The position numbers and the translations under genes were made by a program. A DNA stretch of 64,000 nt from a virus (taxonomy: Duplodnaviria > Caudoviricetes): the IMG/VR virus record IMGVR_UViG_3300029267_004155; one strand, 5' to 3'. Position 1 is the stretch's first letter. Each line of letters begins with the position of its first letter. This document shows positions 36,182 to 47,447 of this stretch, piece after piece. The notes under the pieces are model-generated. The model was not told the DNA's origin and made no database searches. It was given only the letters and a program-made list of their open reading frames with translations.

Positions 36182-37630
36182 ATGAAGAGAGTAGGCATAT
36201 CCATACTGACGAACGGTGAGCGGCTAGACTACCTGAGAAGGTGCGTCGAGTCGCTTCTTGCTCGCACCTCCTATCGTCCGCTCGTCGTCGCGATCTACGA
36301 CAACGCCTCGACTGACGGGACGGCCATCTACATTGACAGGCTGAAGGAGTCCAGGGAGCTCGGTGTGGAGTGGCGCTCCGGGAGGGCGGTCGTCGACCAG
36401 GGGGTCAGCGTCGGCATCAACAGGGCCATGGCCATGGTGGCCGACTGCGAGTGGGCCATCCACGTCGAGTCCGACTTCGAGCTGATCGACCCGGATGCCT
36501 CCGGCCATGGGCGCGACTGGCTCGAGAAGGCTGTCGAGTGGGCCGAGGGGGCCGGGTGCGACTACCTCTACTTGCGCCGCATCCTGGACGAGCGGGAGGT
36601 GATGGCGCACTGGTGGTGGAGGTGGCCCGGGAGGATCGCTCCGTCGGCCGAGCCTTTCCAGATGCTGCCGGGGTTCTGGTGGAGCAACAACCCGGCGCTC
36701 AGGAGGAACCCGGCTCTGGCGGCCGCGGGGGTCCTTCCGCTGCCGGAGAGGCCGAGGGAGAGCAAGGACCGCCCCTACTGGTCCAAGTCCGAGATGGAGG
36801 CCGTTCGTCCGCCGAACGCTGCGATAATGCCCCATGGGGTGTTCGCCCACGAGTGGAGCGAGCCCAGGCTGCTCGGCTGCGACCGCTTCGAGCGCCACGG
36901 GATGAGCACCTGCAAGTACGGCTTCTTTCAGGACCCAGGGTCCATGTGGTGCAGGGTGTGCGACCCGATGGCGCCGTGGAACTGCCTGGCGGAGCATTAC
37001 GACGCCTACCAGGCCCTCCTGAAGGGCGACGTTGACGCGTCGGTCGCGACGGTGTGGGTCCGTGCCGGCGTGCTTCACGACATACTTGCCAGGAGCCTGA
37101 GCGGCTGCCGGGTCGAGAGGCTGCTGACGAGGGGCCGTCCGGAGACGTGCCTGGCGACCGAGTACAACAGGATGCTTGGCGACGCGACGTCGGACGTCGT
37201 GGTTTTCTGCGAGCCGGACGCCGAGTTCTCCCACGACGGCCTCCAGAACGTCGTGGAGGCCGTCCAGAGGCCCGACGTCGGCGCGGCTGGGCTTGTGGGC
37301 GCCCGGAGGCCGGATGGCGAGATATGGTCCCGGGACGCGTCCGTGGAGCAGGACGTCGAGACGCTCGACGCCTGCGTGATGGGGGTTGACCGGACGAAGG
37401 GGTTCAAGTTCGACGACGGGACGTTCACCGGGCTGCACCTGCACGTGGAGGACTACTGCTGCCAGGTGAGGGCGGCCGGGCTGAGGTGTCTCGTCGTTCC
37501 GTCCAGGAGGTTCGAGCACCACTCGACGACCTGGAGCGAGCGGGGTCCGGACTGGGGCGACTACGGGAAGTGGAAGAGGACGCTGCTCGACAAGTGGCGG
37601 GGCCGGCTCGGGGAGGTGAGGACGACATGA
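36182..37630 (+). CDS. two-domain glycosyltransferase (GT2-like)
   Basis: IYDNASTDGT, HVESD; second domain CEPD, TLDAC, HVEDYC. Confidence 0.8.
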   Translation: MKRVGISILTNGERLDYLRRCVESLLARTSYRPLVVAIYDNASTDGTAIYIDRLKESRELGVEWRSGRAVVDQGVSVGINRAMAMVADCEWAIHVESDFELIDPDASGHGRDWLEKAVEWAEGAGCDYLYLRRILDEREVMAHWWWRWPGRIAPSAEPFQMLPGFWWSNNPALRRNPALAAAGVLPLPERPRESKDRPYWSKSEMEAVRPPNAAIMPHGVFAHEWSEPRLLGCDRFERHGMSTCKYGFFQDPGSMWCRVCDPMAPWNCLAEHYDAYQALLKGDVDASVATVWVRAGVLHDILARSLSGCRVERLLTRGRPETCLATEYNRMLGDATSDVVVFCEPDAEFSHDGLQNVVEAVQRPDVGAAGLVGARRPDGEIWSRDASVEQDVETLDACVMGVDRTKGFKFDDGTFTGLHLHVEDYCCQVRAAGLRCLVVPSRRFEHHSTTWSERGPDWGDYGKWKRTLLDKWRGRLGEVRTT

Positions 37631-39447
37631 GGGTCAAGGCGGTCATCCTGCATCACAACAATCCCCGAGGGGCCGAGATGCTCTGGTGCGGGCTCGATAC
37701 GGTCTTCGACGACGTGGAGGTCTATGACAGCGGGTCCGACGACGGCAAGCATCCTCGCTGCCAGAGCACGACGTTGCCTAACATCTACTGGACGGGCGCC
37801 TGGAACAAGATCATGGCGGAGGCGTCCGACTACGACGCCGTCTGGATGCCGGGCGCGGACATCGAGCTTCTTTGCCATGTCGAGGACTACCGGGAGGCCA
37901 TCGAGGCGTCGTTGCCGTTCGGGTGTTGGAGCCCTGCCATTCATGGGCGCGCCCATCCCTTCATGCAGAAGGTGAACTATGCGCACGGGATGGCGATGTC
38001 GGTGAGGAACGTCGAGGGCATGGCCATGGCTTGCTCGGGCGAGCTGATGAGGGAGGTTGGGGAGCTGGTCCCTGGAAGCCCCATGGGTTTCGGACAGGAC
38101 TTCTGGCTCTGCCACCGGGCGAGACAGATGGGTCTGAGGAACGTGATCGACGGGAGGGTGGATGTCTATCATCCTCCGGGGACGGGATATGACGAGAAGC
38201 TGGCCCATTCTCAGATGGAGGATGCTTTTGCGGGCCTTTGCGGGCCGGATTTCCGGCGAAGGGTGTTCGAGTACAGCGAGTCATACGAGGGGAACCTCGT
38301 AGAGGAGATCAGCAAGGAGGACGGGAGCATGTTCAAGATCGTCACCATCGACAACGGGTGGGGCGTGCCGGAGTTCTGTCGGATCGTCAGGCAGATCGAG
38401 GGTGCCACGAGCAAGGTGGTCATGAGGATCGGCATCAGCCGGCTGGAGGTGGAGCCGGGGGTGGAGATTGTCGACTTCGACGACACGCTGGCGGCGGTGC
38501 TGGATGCCGACGCGGCCCTCTTCACGAGGGTCGGGGCTGCCAACCGGGACTATTTCAAGAGGGTTCTGGATGCCGGCGTGCCGTGCGTGGTCAACTCGGC
38601 CTTTCACCAGGGCGCCATCAGGCATGAGGAGAACGGCTTCATCTACGGCGTCGACAACTGGGCCGTTCATTGGCTCAGCGCCCTGGAGGGTTCCAATGAG
38701 CTGAGGCGCAAGGTGTCGAACGCGGCCAAGGGAGTGGGTGGCGCGGCCGAGGTCCCGATCGAGATGAAGGCCGAGCTGCCGAAGGCCCCGATTCGGGCGT
38801 CGGTCCCGGCTCCGGCCCGGGGTCCGTCCAGGCGGCCGGGGGCTCCGACTGTCACGGTCGTGACCCCGACCTGGAAGCGGCATCCGGACGTCGTGAGGCG
38901 CAGCATCGACTGCCTGACGCTCCAGACGTTCAAGGACTGGCGCCAGCTCGTCTGCTCGGACGGCCCGGAGGAGCCGGTGGTGCGGGAGCTCGTGGAGGCG
39001 ATGGGCGATCCCAGGGTGGAGTACCACTGCACCGGGGAGAGGACGGCCCCGGGCGACTTCGGGAACAGCGTCAGGAAGTCGATGCTCGAAAGGGCCACCG
39101 GGGACTACGTCCTGTTCTACGACGACGACAACGTGATTCTGCCGCGGTACCTGGAGGTCATGATCGACGCCGTGCGCGGGTCGGGCCGGGAATTCGCCGT
39201 CTGCAAGATCATGCACTTCGGGCCGCTCAACGAGGCGATACTGGGAAGGCCGCCGGTCGTCCTGGACGGCGATCCGGTGAAGCTCTACCATGTCGACCCG
39301 CTCCAGGTGCTCGTGAAGAGGGAGGCCATGCAGGCCATCGGGTGGGACGTCCGGCACGGGTACGTGGCAGACGGCCACACGCTGGAGGCCCTAGGCGCAA
39401 GGTTCGAGCATGTCCGTGTCGACGAGGTGCTCGGGGTTCACATGTGA
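37627..39447 (+). CDS. multi-domain glycosyltransferase (GT2-like)
   Basis: YDSGSD, GQDFW; C-terminal VVTPTW, CSDG, FYDDDN. Confidence 0.8.
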   Translation: MRVKAVILHHNNPRGAEMLWCGLDTVFDDVEVYDSGSDDGKHPRCQSTTLPNIYWTGAWNKIMAEASDYDAVWMPGADIELLCHVEDYREAIEASLPFGCWSPAIHGRAHPFMQKVNYAHGMAMSVRNVEGMAMACSGELMREVGELVPGSPMGFGQDFWLCHRARQMGLRNVIDGRVDVYHPPGTGYDEKLAHSQMEDAFAGLCGPDFRRRVFEYSESYEGNLVEEISKEDGSMFKIVTIDNGWGVPEFCRIVRQIEGATSKVVMRIGISRLEVEPGVEIVDFDDTLAAVLDADAALFTRVGAANRDYFKRVLDAGVPCVVNSAFHQGAIRHEENGFIYGVDNWAVHWLSALEGSNELRRKVSNAAKGVGGAAEVPIEMKAELPKAPIRASVPAPARGPSRRPGAPTVTVVTPTWKRHPDVVRRSIDCLTLQTFKDWRQLVCSDGPEEPVVRELVEAMGDPRVEYHCTGERTAPGDFGNSVRKSMLERATGDYVLFYDDDNVILPRYLEVMIDAVRGSGREFAVCKIMHFGPLNEAILGRPPVVLDGDPVKLYHVDPLQVLVKREAMQAIGWDVRHGYVADGHTLEALGARFEHVRVDEVLGVHM

Positions 39448-39875
39448 TGGCTGTCTACGTCGATCAGCTCCGGGACGCCATGTGGAGGTACGGCAGGGCG
39501 TGCCACTTGTACGCCGATACGCTGGAGGAGCTTCATGTCTTCGCCGACCGGATCGGCATGAAGAGGACATGGTTCCAGGACAGGCCGGGCTTTCCTCACT
39601 ACGATTTGACGGAGGGGCGTCGCCGGGCGGCGGTCCTCTGGGGCGTGACGGAGCACGGCATGTGCCAGATGGTTGAGTTCGCAAGGAAACGAAGGGAGAA
39701 GGGAAACGATGAAACGGACATTGAAGCTGGGGACGTATCCCGACACGAGCGGGAAGGTCAGATGGCGCGTGGTGGCCGGCAACGGCAAGGTGCTGGCGAA
39801 GTCTCCGGGGGGCTATCCCGAGGGCGACGCCCGGCTGGCCAGCGACATCGGGTTCATTACGGGTTCCGAGCATGA
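39447..39875 (+). CDS. DUF4031-like protein
   Basis: MAVYVD...CHLYADTLEELHVFA...WFQ...HYDLT; 3' end overlaps the next gene. Confidence 0.75.
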   Translation: MAVYVDQLRDAMWRYGRACHLYADTLEELHVFADRIGMKRTWFQDRPGFPHYDLTEGRRRAAVLWGVTEHGMCQMVEFARKRREKGNDETDIEAGDVSRHEREGQMARGGRQRQGAGEVSGGLSRGRRPAGQRHRVHYGFRA

Positions 39876-40026
39876 CGCCGAGCTTTACAGGGACAGGCGC
39901 GGGGAATGGCGCTGGCGTCTCAGGCGCGACGGCAAGAGGATCGTGGCCGTCAGCTCCGAGGGCTACGTGAACCGCGGAGACTGCGAGAGGGCGTCCGACC
40001 TCTTCCTCGACGCGACGCCGGCCTGA
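39709..40026 (+). CDS. YegP/DUF1508-like two-repeat protein
   Basis: YxD..G..RWR motif twice; SSEGY. Confidence 0.75.
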   Translation: MKRTLKLGTYPDTSGKVRWRVVAGNGKVLAKSPGGYPEGDARLASDIGFITGSEHDAELYRDRRGEWRWRLRRDGKRIVAVSSEGYVNRGDCERASDLFLDATPA

Positions 40027-40619
40027 TGCGTATCATGAAGAAGCTGCTGATTGTCGGGTGCGGGAGGTCTGGGACTCGCTACGCCTCCAAGGTCCTGGGG
40101 CTGGCCGGCCTGGATGTCGGGCACGAGAAGGATGGGAGACATGGGCGCGTTGACTGGAGATGCGTTCATGACCCCTCGGCGCGTGGCCGTTATGACGTCG
40201 TTCTTCACCAGGTCCGTCATCCGCTCCGGGTCATTGAGTCGTTCCATACCGCGGGCAAGGTTTCGTGGCGTCTGGTCTCGAAGGCCGATCCGGCCATCGT
40301 GGGAGGTCCGCTCCTGCGAGATTGCGCGCGGTACTGGGTCCGCTGGAACCTGGCTGCCGAGGAGATGGCTTCCATGACGTACCGGGTCGAGGACATGGGG
40401 TTCGTTCTCCCGTCGATCTTCGAGTCCTGCGGGATCGACCTGCGAGCCGACTGGCGAAGCTCTCTTGCCGTCGGGACGGCCGACCACACCAGGAGGGGGT
40501 CTCGCAGGCACGGGAGGAAGATTCCGTCCCTCACCATGGCCGTCTTGCGAGAGAGCTTCCCGAGCGAGGCGCAGGAGGTTTCCGAGCTTGCTTCTCGCTA
40601 CGGCTACGACCTTTCATAA
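40026..40619 (+). CDS. sulfotransferase-like protein
   Basis: IVGCGRSGT, QVRHP and YRVED motifs. Confidence 0.7.
   Translation: MRIMKKLLIVGCGRSGTRYASKVLGLAGLDVGHEKDGRHGRVDWRCVHDPSARGRYDVVLHQVRHPLRVIESFHTAGKVSWRLVSKADPAIVGGPLLRDCARYWVRWNLAAEEMASMTYRVEDMGFVLPSIFESCGIDLRADWRSSLAVGTADHTRRGSRRHGRKIPSLTMAVLRESFPSEAQEVSELASRYGYDLS
40279..40305 (+). repeat. 27-bp direct repeat, copy 1
   Basis: CGAAGGCCGATCCGGCCATCGTGGGAG, identical to 46194-46220. Confidence 0.9.
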
Positions 40620-40682
40620 TCTCTTTATATCTTGTCTTCATGTGAAGTCCCTTTACGTCAAGGAACACCGAGGGGTCCGCGC

Positions 40683-43600
40683 ATGAAGGCTTATGTTGCC
40701 CTGAAACGACAGTTTGCTTCGCCCTTGAGGCGGTATATTCCGGTCGGCGCCCATGTCTGCCGTTGGGAGAACCTGGCCAAGATTGTCGTGAACGACGCTC
40801 CCGAGTCGGAGGACTTGCTCGTCGTCCTCGTGAACGGGGAGGAGATAGACAATCCGGAGCAGGTGACCTGGTTCTGGGGTGTCGAGCCGGTGGCGCCCGC
40901 CACCGAGAACGAGTGGTTCCGCCTTATCGGGGAGCTGCCGGAGGACCGTTGTGGCAACGTCGGGATCGGAACCCAGGGCATGCAGGGATACATGGGAGGC
41001 CAGGGGCCGCTGGGAAGCGGTGGCATTACGGGTCCCCAGGGCAACGAGGGCGTTCAGGGACCTCCGGGTGGTCCGCAGGGATGGCAGGGTCCGGTGGGCC
41101 ATCAGGGAGCTCAGGGCGTTCAGGGAGCACAGGGGGCGGATGGGGCCCAGGGGGACGTCGGGCCCCAGGGCCATCAGGGAACGGGCGTTCAGGGCTCTCG
41201 GGGTCCGTCCGGTTGGCAGGGCTGGCAGGGAGCGGGAGTTCAGGGCGCTCAGGGAGTGGAAGGCGTCCAGGGCGTTCAGGGAACGGGTCCACAGGGTGCC
41301 TTGGGAGCACAGGGCCCGCTTGGCCCTCGGGGGCTGGTCGGCGCTCAGGGTGCGCAGGGATTGGCGGGGCCGCAGGGTCTTCGGGGATTCCAGGGCTGGC
41401 GGGGCTGGCAGGGAGTTAGAGGTTTTCAGGGCTTTCGGGGCAACCAGGGCAACCAGGGTCTCCGTGGTTTCCAGGGCAGCCAGGGCAATCAGGGATGGCA
41501 GGGCGATGATGGCACGCAGGGCTTCCAGGGCTGGCAGGGGGAGGTGGGCCCGCTTGGAGGTTTCGGTCCGCAGGGCGTTCAGGGCTGGCAGGGCGACGAC
41601 GGCACGCAGGGTCCGGGTGGTCAAGGAACGCAGGGCTCTCAGGGTGGCGAAGGTCCGCAGGGCAACCAGGGTTCGGGTGGTCAGGGGGCACAGGGTCCGC
41701 AGGGTTTCGACGGCGCAGGTTTCCAGGGCGTTCAGGGGGACGCGGGCGTTCAGGGGGCTCAGGGCGAGGATGGTTCTCAGGGGTCGGTTGGTTTTCAGGG
41801 GCCGGTTGGTTCCGGGACGCAGGGCGTTCAGGGAGTTCAGGGGTCGGATGGCGGCGCTGGGGCTCAGGGTGCTGCTGGAAGCGACGGGCCACAGGGTTCG
41901 CAGGGTCTTGTCGGTTTCCAGGGTTCCCTCGGCCAGCAGGGGGTTCAGGGGTCGGATGGGGGAGTTGGAGCTCAGGGCTCGCAGGGAGACGTGGGTGGTC
42001 AGGGTGTTCAGGGTTCCCAGGGCTCTGTCGGTTCCCAGGGCGCAGTTGGTTACCAGGGGTCTGTCGGCTCTCAGGGCGTAGTTGGTTCTCAGGGGTTGGT
42101 CGGTTTCCAGGGCGCAGTTGGTTTCCAGGGCGCAGTTGGTTTCCAGGGCCCGCAGGGGGCTGATGGTCAGGATGGAGCTCAGGGATCGGTTGGCTTTCAG
42201 GGAGTTGCCGGGCTCGGCGCCCAAGGTTCCCAAGGTGTCCAGGGAGACGTGGGCGGCCAGGGTGTCCAGGGCGCGGCTGGCCAGGATGGCACTCAGGGAC
42301 CGCAGGGGGCCGCAGGAGACGCAGGGGCGACCGGGGCTGGGTTCCAGGGTCCGCAGGGTTCCGAGGGCCAGGATGGCGTCCAGGGGGTGCCTGGGACGCA
42401 GGGCGCCGTCGGTGCGGGCGTTCAGGGCCTCCAGGGCGACGAGGGTCCGCAGGGGCCTGGCGGCGCCGGTGCCCAGGGTCCGCAGGGGTTGCAGGGGTTG
42501 GGCGCGGCTGGCGCTCAGGGTCCGCAGGGCTTCCAGGGCAACCAGGGCTTCCAGGGCAACCAGGGAGTCCGTGGTTTTCAGGGCTTTCAGGGAGCCCAAG
42601 GATTCCAGGGTTTTCAGGGTAATCAGGGTTTCCAGGGCAACCAGGGAGTCCGTGGTTTTCAGGGCTTCCAGGGAGCCCAAGGCTTCCAGGGTTTCCAGGG
42701 TAATCAGGGTTTCCAGGGCAACCAGGGAGTCCGTGGTTGGCAGGGTTTTCAGGGTCCTCGGGGCGTCCAGGGCTGGCAGGGAGTTCAGGGTCCGCAGGGC
42801 CTTCGGGGCTTCCAGGGCTTTCAGGGCCTTCGGGGCTTCCAGGGCTGGCAGGGTCCTCAGGGTTCCCAGGGCAACCAAGGTGCCATTGGCATTACGGGGG
42901 TGACAAGATTCTACGGTCTTCCTGAGACTGTGTTGCTGCTCCATATGGATGGGATAGACGAATCAACAGACTTCCCTGACTCTGCCCTCGGGGGGAATGC
43001 GCCTCACACGGTGACCGCAGTGGGGGATGCCCAGGTAGATACCGCCTTGAAGGAGTATGGGTCGGGATCGGCACTGTTTGATGGCAATGACTATTTGTCC
43101 GTGCCGGATAGTGACGACTGGGACTTTGGCACAGGCGACCTGACGATGGAGGCTTGGGTCTACCTGGAGGATGACATTGCCAATAACAATGAACAGCCTG
43201 TTCTGGGCATATACGTAGACAGCAGCAACTATTGGGGCCTTTGGCACGATGGCACCACCAATGGGTGGATCTTCAAGATAAAAGTGGAGGGTGCGTACCT
43301 ACTGAATGAGCTCCTCAAGCAGGGAGGGTCAACCATAACCAAGCAAACCTGGACCCACGTAGCTGTTGTTCGAGATGGCAATGATTGGTATATCTATGAA
43401 GATGGCACCCAGGTTGCCTCCACCACTGGCGACATAACTTTTCCAGATTTCTCCACGACCGACCTGTACATAGGAAGGTTTGATCGGAATAACAACACCC
43501 ATATCAAGGGCAACATCGATGAGCTGAGAGTCACGAAGGGTGTTGCTGAGTACACCGGAGCTTTTACACCTGTCGGGCCATTCTCTCCATACCTCCAGGG

Positions 43601-44789
43601 CACGCAGGGTTTTCAGGGCTTCCAGGGCAGCCAGGGCTTCCAGGGTTGGCAGGGAGCCCAAGGCTTCCAGGGTTGGCAGGGTCCTCAGGGCTTTCGTGGC
43701 TTCCAGGGTGTTCAGGGCAACCAGGGCGTCCAGGGTCCTCAGGGCTTCCGTGGCTTCCAGGGTGTTCAGGGAAACCAGGGCAACCAGGGCTGGCAGGGTC
43801 CGCAAGGCCTCCGTGGCTTCCAGGGTGTCCAGGGAAACCAGGGCTGGCAGGGCTTCCAGGGTTCGCAAGGCCTCCGTGGTTTCCAGGGCGTTCAGGGTAA
43901 TCAGGGTTGGCAGGGGAATCAGGGCAACCAGGGTGTCCGAGGCTTCCAGGGTCCTCAAGGCTGGCAGGGCTTCCAGGGCTTTCAGGGCGTCCAGGGTCCG
44001 CAAGGCCTCCGAGGTTTCCAGGGAGTTCAGGGCAACCAGGGCAACCAGGGTGTTCAGGGTCCGCAAGGCCTCCGTGGCTTCCAGGGAGTTCAGGGCTTCC
44101 AGGGTGTCCAGGGCTGGCAGGGTCTTCAGGGTCCGCAAGGTCTTCGAGGTTTCCAGGGTGTCCAGGGCAACCAGGGCTTTCAGGGTCTTCAGGGTCCGCA
44201 AGGTCTTCGAGGTTTCCAGGGTGTCCAGGGAGTCCGTGGCTTCCAGGGCTGGCAGGGCGTCCAGGGTCCGCAAGGCCTCCGTGGTCTTCAGGGATTCCAG
44301 GGCAACCAGGGATTCCAGGGTTTCCAGGGTTTCCAGGGCAACCAGGGCTGGCAGGGCTGGCAGGGCACGAATCCGGGTGTCCAGGGCCCTCAGGGTTTCC
44401 AGGGCGTAGTGACATGGTCTTGGGGCATGGCGCTGTACCAGTCGGATACTGCTTGTGCCGTTGCTGATGGCAAGATAGGATTTGTTGTCCCGGCAAGCAT
44501 GAACGGGATGGATTTGTCGGCTCTTGTCGCGAGCTGCACGGGCGCGGTGGGGACAACTGGGACCATGGATGTGCAGGTGCGTCGGCTACGTGCCGGCGCG
44601 GAAGTCAATATGTTGAGTGTGGCCTTGACCATCGATAGTGGAGAGTGGACGAATTTGACCGCTGAAACTGGATATACCATCGATACTGACAATGACGACC
44701 TTGCAACTGGAGACGTGATCTTCTTCGACGTCGATGGTGTGCATACTACTCCGGCTGAGGGTTTGACCATTACTGCGACCGCAGCGTAA
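40683..44789 (+). CDS. collagen-like fibre protein with central LamG domain
   Basis: Gly-X-Gln repeats at about 40968-42899 and 43598-44405; LamG motifs [23 protein letters not shown]. Confidence 0.9.
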   Translation: MKAYVALKRQFASPLRRYIPVGAHVCRWENLAKIVVNDAPESEDLLVVLVNGEEIDNPEQVTWFWGVEPVAPATENEWFRLIGELPEDRCGNVGIGTQGMQGYMGGQGPLGSGGITGPQGNEGVQGPPGGPQGWQGPVGHQGAQGVQGAQGADGAQGDVGPQGHQGTGVQGSRGPSGWQGWQGAGVQGAQGVEGVQGVQGTGPQGALGAQGPLGPRGLVGAQGAQGLAGPQGLRGFQGWRGWQGVRGFQGFRGNQGNQGLRGFQGSQGNQGWQGDDGTQGFQGWQGEVGPLGGFGPQGVQGWQGDDGTQGPGGQGTQGSQGGEGPQGNQGSGGQGAQGPQGFDGAGFQGVQGDAGVQGAQGEDGSQGSVGFQGPVGSGTQGVQGVQGSDGGAGAQGAAGSDGPQGSQGLVGFQGSLGQQGVQGSDGGVGAQGSQGDVGGQGVQGSQGSVGSQGAVGYQGSVGSQGVVGSQGLVGFQGAVGFQGAVGFQGPQGADGQDGAQGSVGFQGVAGLGAQGSQGVQGDVGGQGVQGAAGQDGTQGPQGAAGDAGATGAGFQGPQGSEGQDGVQGVPGTQGAVGAGVQGLQGDEGPQGPGGAGAQGPQGLQGLGAAGAQGPQGFQGNQGFQGNQGVRGFQGFQGAQGFQGFQGNQGFQGNQGVRGFQGFQGAQGFQGFQGNQGFQGNQGVRGWQGFQGPRGVQGWQGVQGPQGLRGFQGFQGLRGFQGWQGPQGSQGNQGAIGITGVTRFYGLPETVLLLHMDGIDESTDFPDSALGGNAPHTVTAVGDAQVDTALKEYGSGSALFDGNDYLSVPDSDDWDFGTGDLTMEAWVYLEDDIANNNEQPVLGIYVDSSNYWGLWHDGTTNGWIFKIKVEGAYLLNELLKQGGSTITKQTWTHVAVVRDGNDWYIYEDGTQVASTTGDITFPDFSTTDLYIGRFDRNNNTHIKGNIDELRVTKGVAEYTGAFTPVGPFSPYLQGTQGFQGFQGSQGFQGWQGAQGFQGWQGPQGFRGFQGVQGNQGVQGPQGFRGFQGVQGNQGNQGWQGPQGLRGFQGVQGNQGWQGFQGSQGLRGFQGVQGNQGWQGNQGNQGVRGFQGPQGWQGFQGFQGVQGPQGLRGFQGVQGNQGNQGVQGPQGLRGFQGVQGFQGVQGWQGLQGPQGLRGFQGVQGNQGFQGLQGPQGLRGFQGVQGVRGFQGWQGVQGPQGLRGLQGFQGNQGFQGFQGFQGNQGWQGWQGTNPGVQGPQGFQGVVTWSWGMALYQSDTACAVADGKIGFVVPASMNGMDLSALVASCTGAVGTTGTMDVQVRRLRAGAEVNMLSVALTIDSGEWTNLTAETGYTIDTDNDDLATGDVIFFDVDGVHTTPAEGLTITATAA

Positions 44790-44847
44790 GGGCCGGGGGA
44801 GTTCGGGATGCGGTTGGCGTAATTAGACCAACTTTGATTTGGGTGTT

Positions 44848-46164
44848 ATGATGATAGAGCCACTAACCAGATTGAGCCATCGGGACGGCCAGCATGTTAT
44901 ATGCCGGTCGGGAGGGAATTTCAAGTTTTACCAGGATTCCACCGGCGCGTTCCATGACGTGGATATCGGGCATGTCGCAGAAGAGTCGCTTCTAAGCCTG
45001 CGCGCTGTGGACATGCGTCGCCGGAATGTCGTGTCGGTGGGGCTGGATGGTGAGTTTTCCGCGGAGAAGTTCGTGGGGTTTCGGCCTGACAACTGTCAGG
45101 ACGGGACTGTGCAGCTCGAGCTGGATGCGACAAGGTTCGAGCTGGATGGGCATCAACAACCTTTGGTGTTGGGGAAAAGCGTCAAGATCGACGACGTGAC
45201 GCGACGGATGGGCAATTTGTATGTTCAAAGCACGAGGCAGCGAACGAGGCTTCTGGTTCCGATAGCGAAATCGTGCAGCGAGTTCGTCATCCAGTTCCGA
45301 GTGCGGCGCACCGGATGGGACATGGTGCGTAAATTGGGGGAGTTTTGGATGATGCGGCAGGATGGAGGGGGTCTGTTGGGACGGTTTGTCCAGCCGCATC
45401 TGTTTCCCGCGGGAGACCTCCATTCGCCGCTCTATAGCGCAGGGTCTCCGTACGTTGAGCATGTGGCCGTTGAGGAGAGCGATGACACGTGGATTTACGA
45501 GAAGAGGTCAACCGAGGCGTTCGCCAAGGCGGTGACGGATGGCGCGCTCAAATTCCCGCTGTGGGTGGACGGGGACATCTACTACTCGTCGACCAATGAC
45601 GGTCGGATATTTAAGACCGGCGCGGTCGGCGGAAATTGGGCAGACGCGTGGTCGGCAACAAGCGGGACTTTGCGACCGAGTGACACCAGAACGAACGGGG
45701 GTCTCTCTGGCTATTACTATTCGCCTACGGATCAATTCGGCGTCCAGCGGACCGTATGGTTCCCGGACACGACCGCCGTCGTGAGCCCGGTGAGCGCAAC
45801 GCACCATGTGCATGGGTATGGCGACAACGAGCTCAGTTATTGCGTGTTATGTGCGTTCACGGGATCAAACCCGTTTATCGCAAACGACTTCAACAACTGG
45901 GGATCAGCCAGTTATGGACTCACGACGGCAGTGTGGGACAAAGACGGCTGGAACGTGTTCGTGATGAATCAGGATGGGTTGGCGTACATAAACAGAGATG
46001 GCACGACTCAGTTGGGCGCCCGCGAGTACGAGCACGATTTTCTCAATGTTGAGCCGGATGGATTGAGCACCCACGGGCAGTATTTCACTGAATGGACAGG
46101 TACTGACCATGATCCGTATCTCGACGTCGTCGAGTACGTCCCGCAGATTTTCGTTGTCTGTTGA
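44848..46164 (+). CDS. hypothetical protein, probably virion/fibre-associated
   Basis: Follows the fibre gene; beta-rich C-terminal half; start uncertain. Confidence 0.6.
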   Translation: MMIEPLTRLSHRDGQHVICRSGGNFKFYQDSTGAFHDVDIGHVAEESLLSLRAVDMRRRNVVSVGLDGEFSAEKFVGFRPDNCQDGTVQLELDATRFELDGHQQPLVLGKSVKIDDVTRRMGNLYVQSTRQRTRLLVPIAKSCSEFVIQFRVRRTGWDMVRKLGEFWMMRQDGGGLLGRFVQPHLFPAGDLHSPLYSAGSPYVEHVAVEESDDTWIYEKRSTEAFAKAVTDGALKFPLWVDGDIYYSSTNDGRIFKTGAVGGNWADAWSATSGTLRPSDTRTNGGLSGYYYSPTDQFGVQRTVWFPDTTAVVSPVSATHHVHGYGDNELSYCVLCAFTGSNPFIANDFNNWGSASYGLTTAVWDKDGWNVFVMNQDGLAYINRDGTTQLGAREYEHDFLNVEPDGLSTHGQYFTEWTGTDHDPYLDVVEYVPQIFVVC

Positions 46165-46193
46165 GGACAAGGGGTCAAAAAGATCTGATGCCG

Positions 46194-46220
46194 CGAAGGC
46201 CGATCCGGCCATCGTGGGAG
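46194..46220 (+). repeat. 27-bp direct repeat, copy 2
   Basis: Identical to 40279-40305; intergenic. Confidence 0.9.
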
Positions 46221-46271
46221 TAGATGGGCGAACCGCCGTTATGAGGCGGGCAATATGAGAAGGAGAGCGAG

Positions 46272-47342
46272 ATGATCGTGGTGACAGGATGTCCGAGGTC
46301 CGGGACGAGTCTGATGATGTTCACCCTCCGAGGGGCGTTGGGGGAGGACCGCATCATGGGGGCGGAGTTCCCCCAGGACGAGGGGCTCAAGCGCTTCTTG
46401 GAGAAGCATGAGGACGAGACCGACAGCGAGTACGACGCCAGAATGTACGTCCGGGAGCAGAGGGTGGACCTGGGGCGGGAGGAGGAGGACAGGAGGCTCA
46501 TCCGGGAGATGAACCCGAACGGCTTCTGGGAATGCCGGTATTCCGTCCAGGGGGTCGACTGGCATCTCGGGATCGAGGAGGAGTGTCTGCCTGACAAGGT
46601 GTGCAAGATCGTGAGTCAGGGTCTCGCCAGGACCGATCCGCAGTTCGTTGACAAGGTGATCTTCATGGCGAGGAGCCCGAGGCAGGTGGCCAAGTCGCAG
46701 GAGAACCTGAGGCACATGCCGGTCGGGACGATTCAGGAGCAGAGGGACATGAAGATCCACACTCCGCTGATGTTCTGCAACGTGACGGCGGCCGTGGCCA
46801 TGTGGCTGAAGGCCTATCCGGACGTCCCGGTCCACATGGTCGTGTTCGACGATTTCATAGAGAGGCCGGACGAGGTCCTGGAAGGGGTTCGCGAGTTTCT
46901 CGGCGAGGGTGACTTCTCGGGCCATCCGGTCAATCCGAAGCTGAGGCGCAGCTACCCCGAGGACATCGAGCACTACCTCTGGCCCTACGCCGACCACATG
47001 TACGAGTTGCTTCTCCGCAAGGACTGGGCGGCCATTGTCGAGTATTTCCAGGAGAACGCGCGCGACATTCATAAGAAGGAGACGTCGGTCTATTGCGCCA
47101 GGAGGGCCACGCCGGCGCCCTATGGGGAGTGCGTGCTCTGCCGCGGCGACAAGCTGACCAGGGACAACTTCCGCCGGCAGGCGGAGTCGTCCGGGATCGA
47201 CTGGCGCACGGAGCCCTGCATGTTCGAGTGTTTGAGCCCTTCCTGCGAGGGGCACGTCTCGATGGCCGAGAGCGTCGAGAGGAACTTCTGGGTCGAGGAG
47301 GTTCCGGCCAGGGCCGAGGGCGACAAGGCTCTGTTGGTTTGA
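46272..47342 (+). CDS. sulfotransferase-like P-loop protein
   Basis: VTGCPRSGTSLMM, NPNGFWE and FMARSP motifs. Confidence 0.75.
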   Translation: MIVVTGCPRSGTSLMMFTLRGALGEDRIMGAEFPQDEGLKRFLEKHEDETDSEYDARMYVREQRVDLGREEEDRRLIREMNPNGFWECRYSVQGVDWHLGIEEECLPDKVCKIVSQGLARTDPQFVDKVIFMARSPRQVAKSQENLRHMPVGTIQEQRDMKIHTPLMFCNVTAAVAMWLKAYPDVPVHMVVFDDFIERPDEVLEGVREFLGEGDFSGHPVNPKLRRSYPEDIEHYLWPYADHMYELLLRKDWAAIVEYFQENARDIHKKETSVYCARRATPAPYGECVLCRGDKLTRDNFRRQAESSGIDWRTEPCMFECLSPSCEGHVSMAESVERNFWVEEVPARAEGDKALLV

Positions 47343-47447
47343 GGTTCGGGTGTTGCCCCGCGACCATCTGAGCGGGGAGCAGGAACGCGAACAGGCCGCT
47401 GCCGGACGATGGTCTGGCGAGGCCGTGCGGGAACTAGGAGGTCGATT

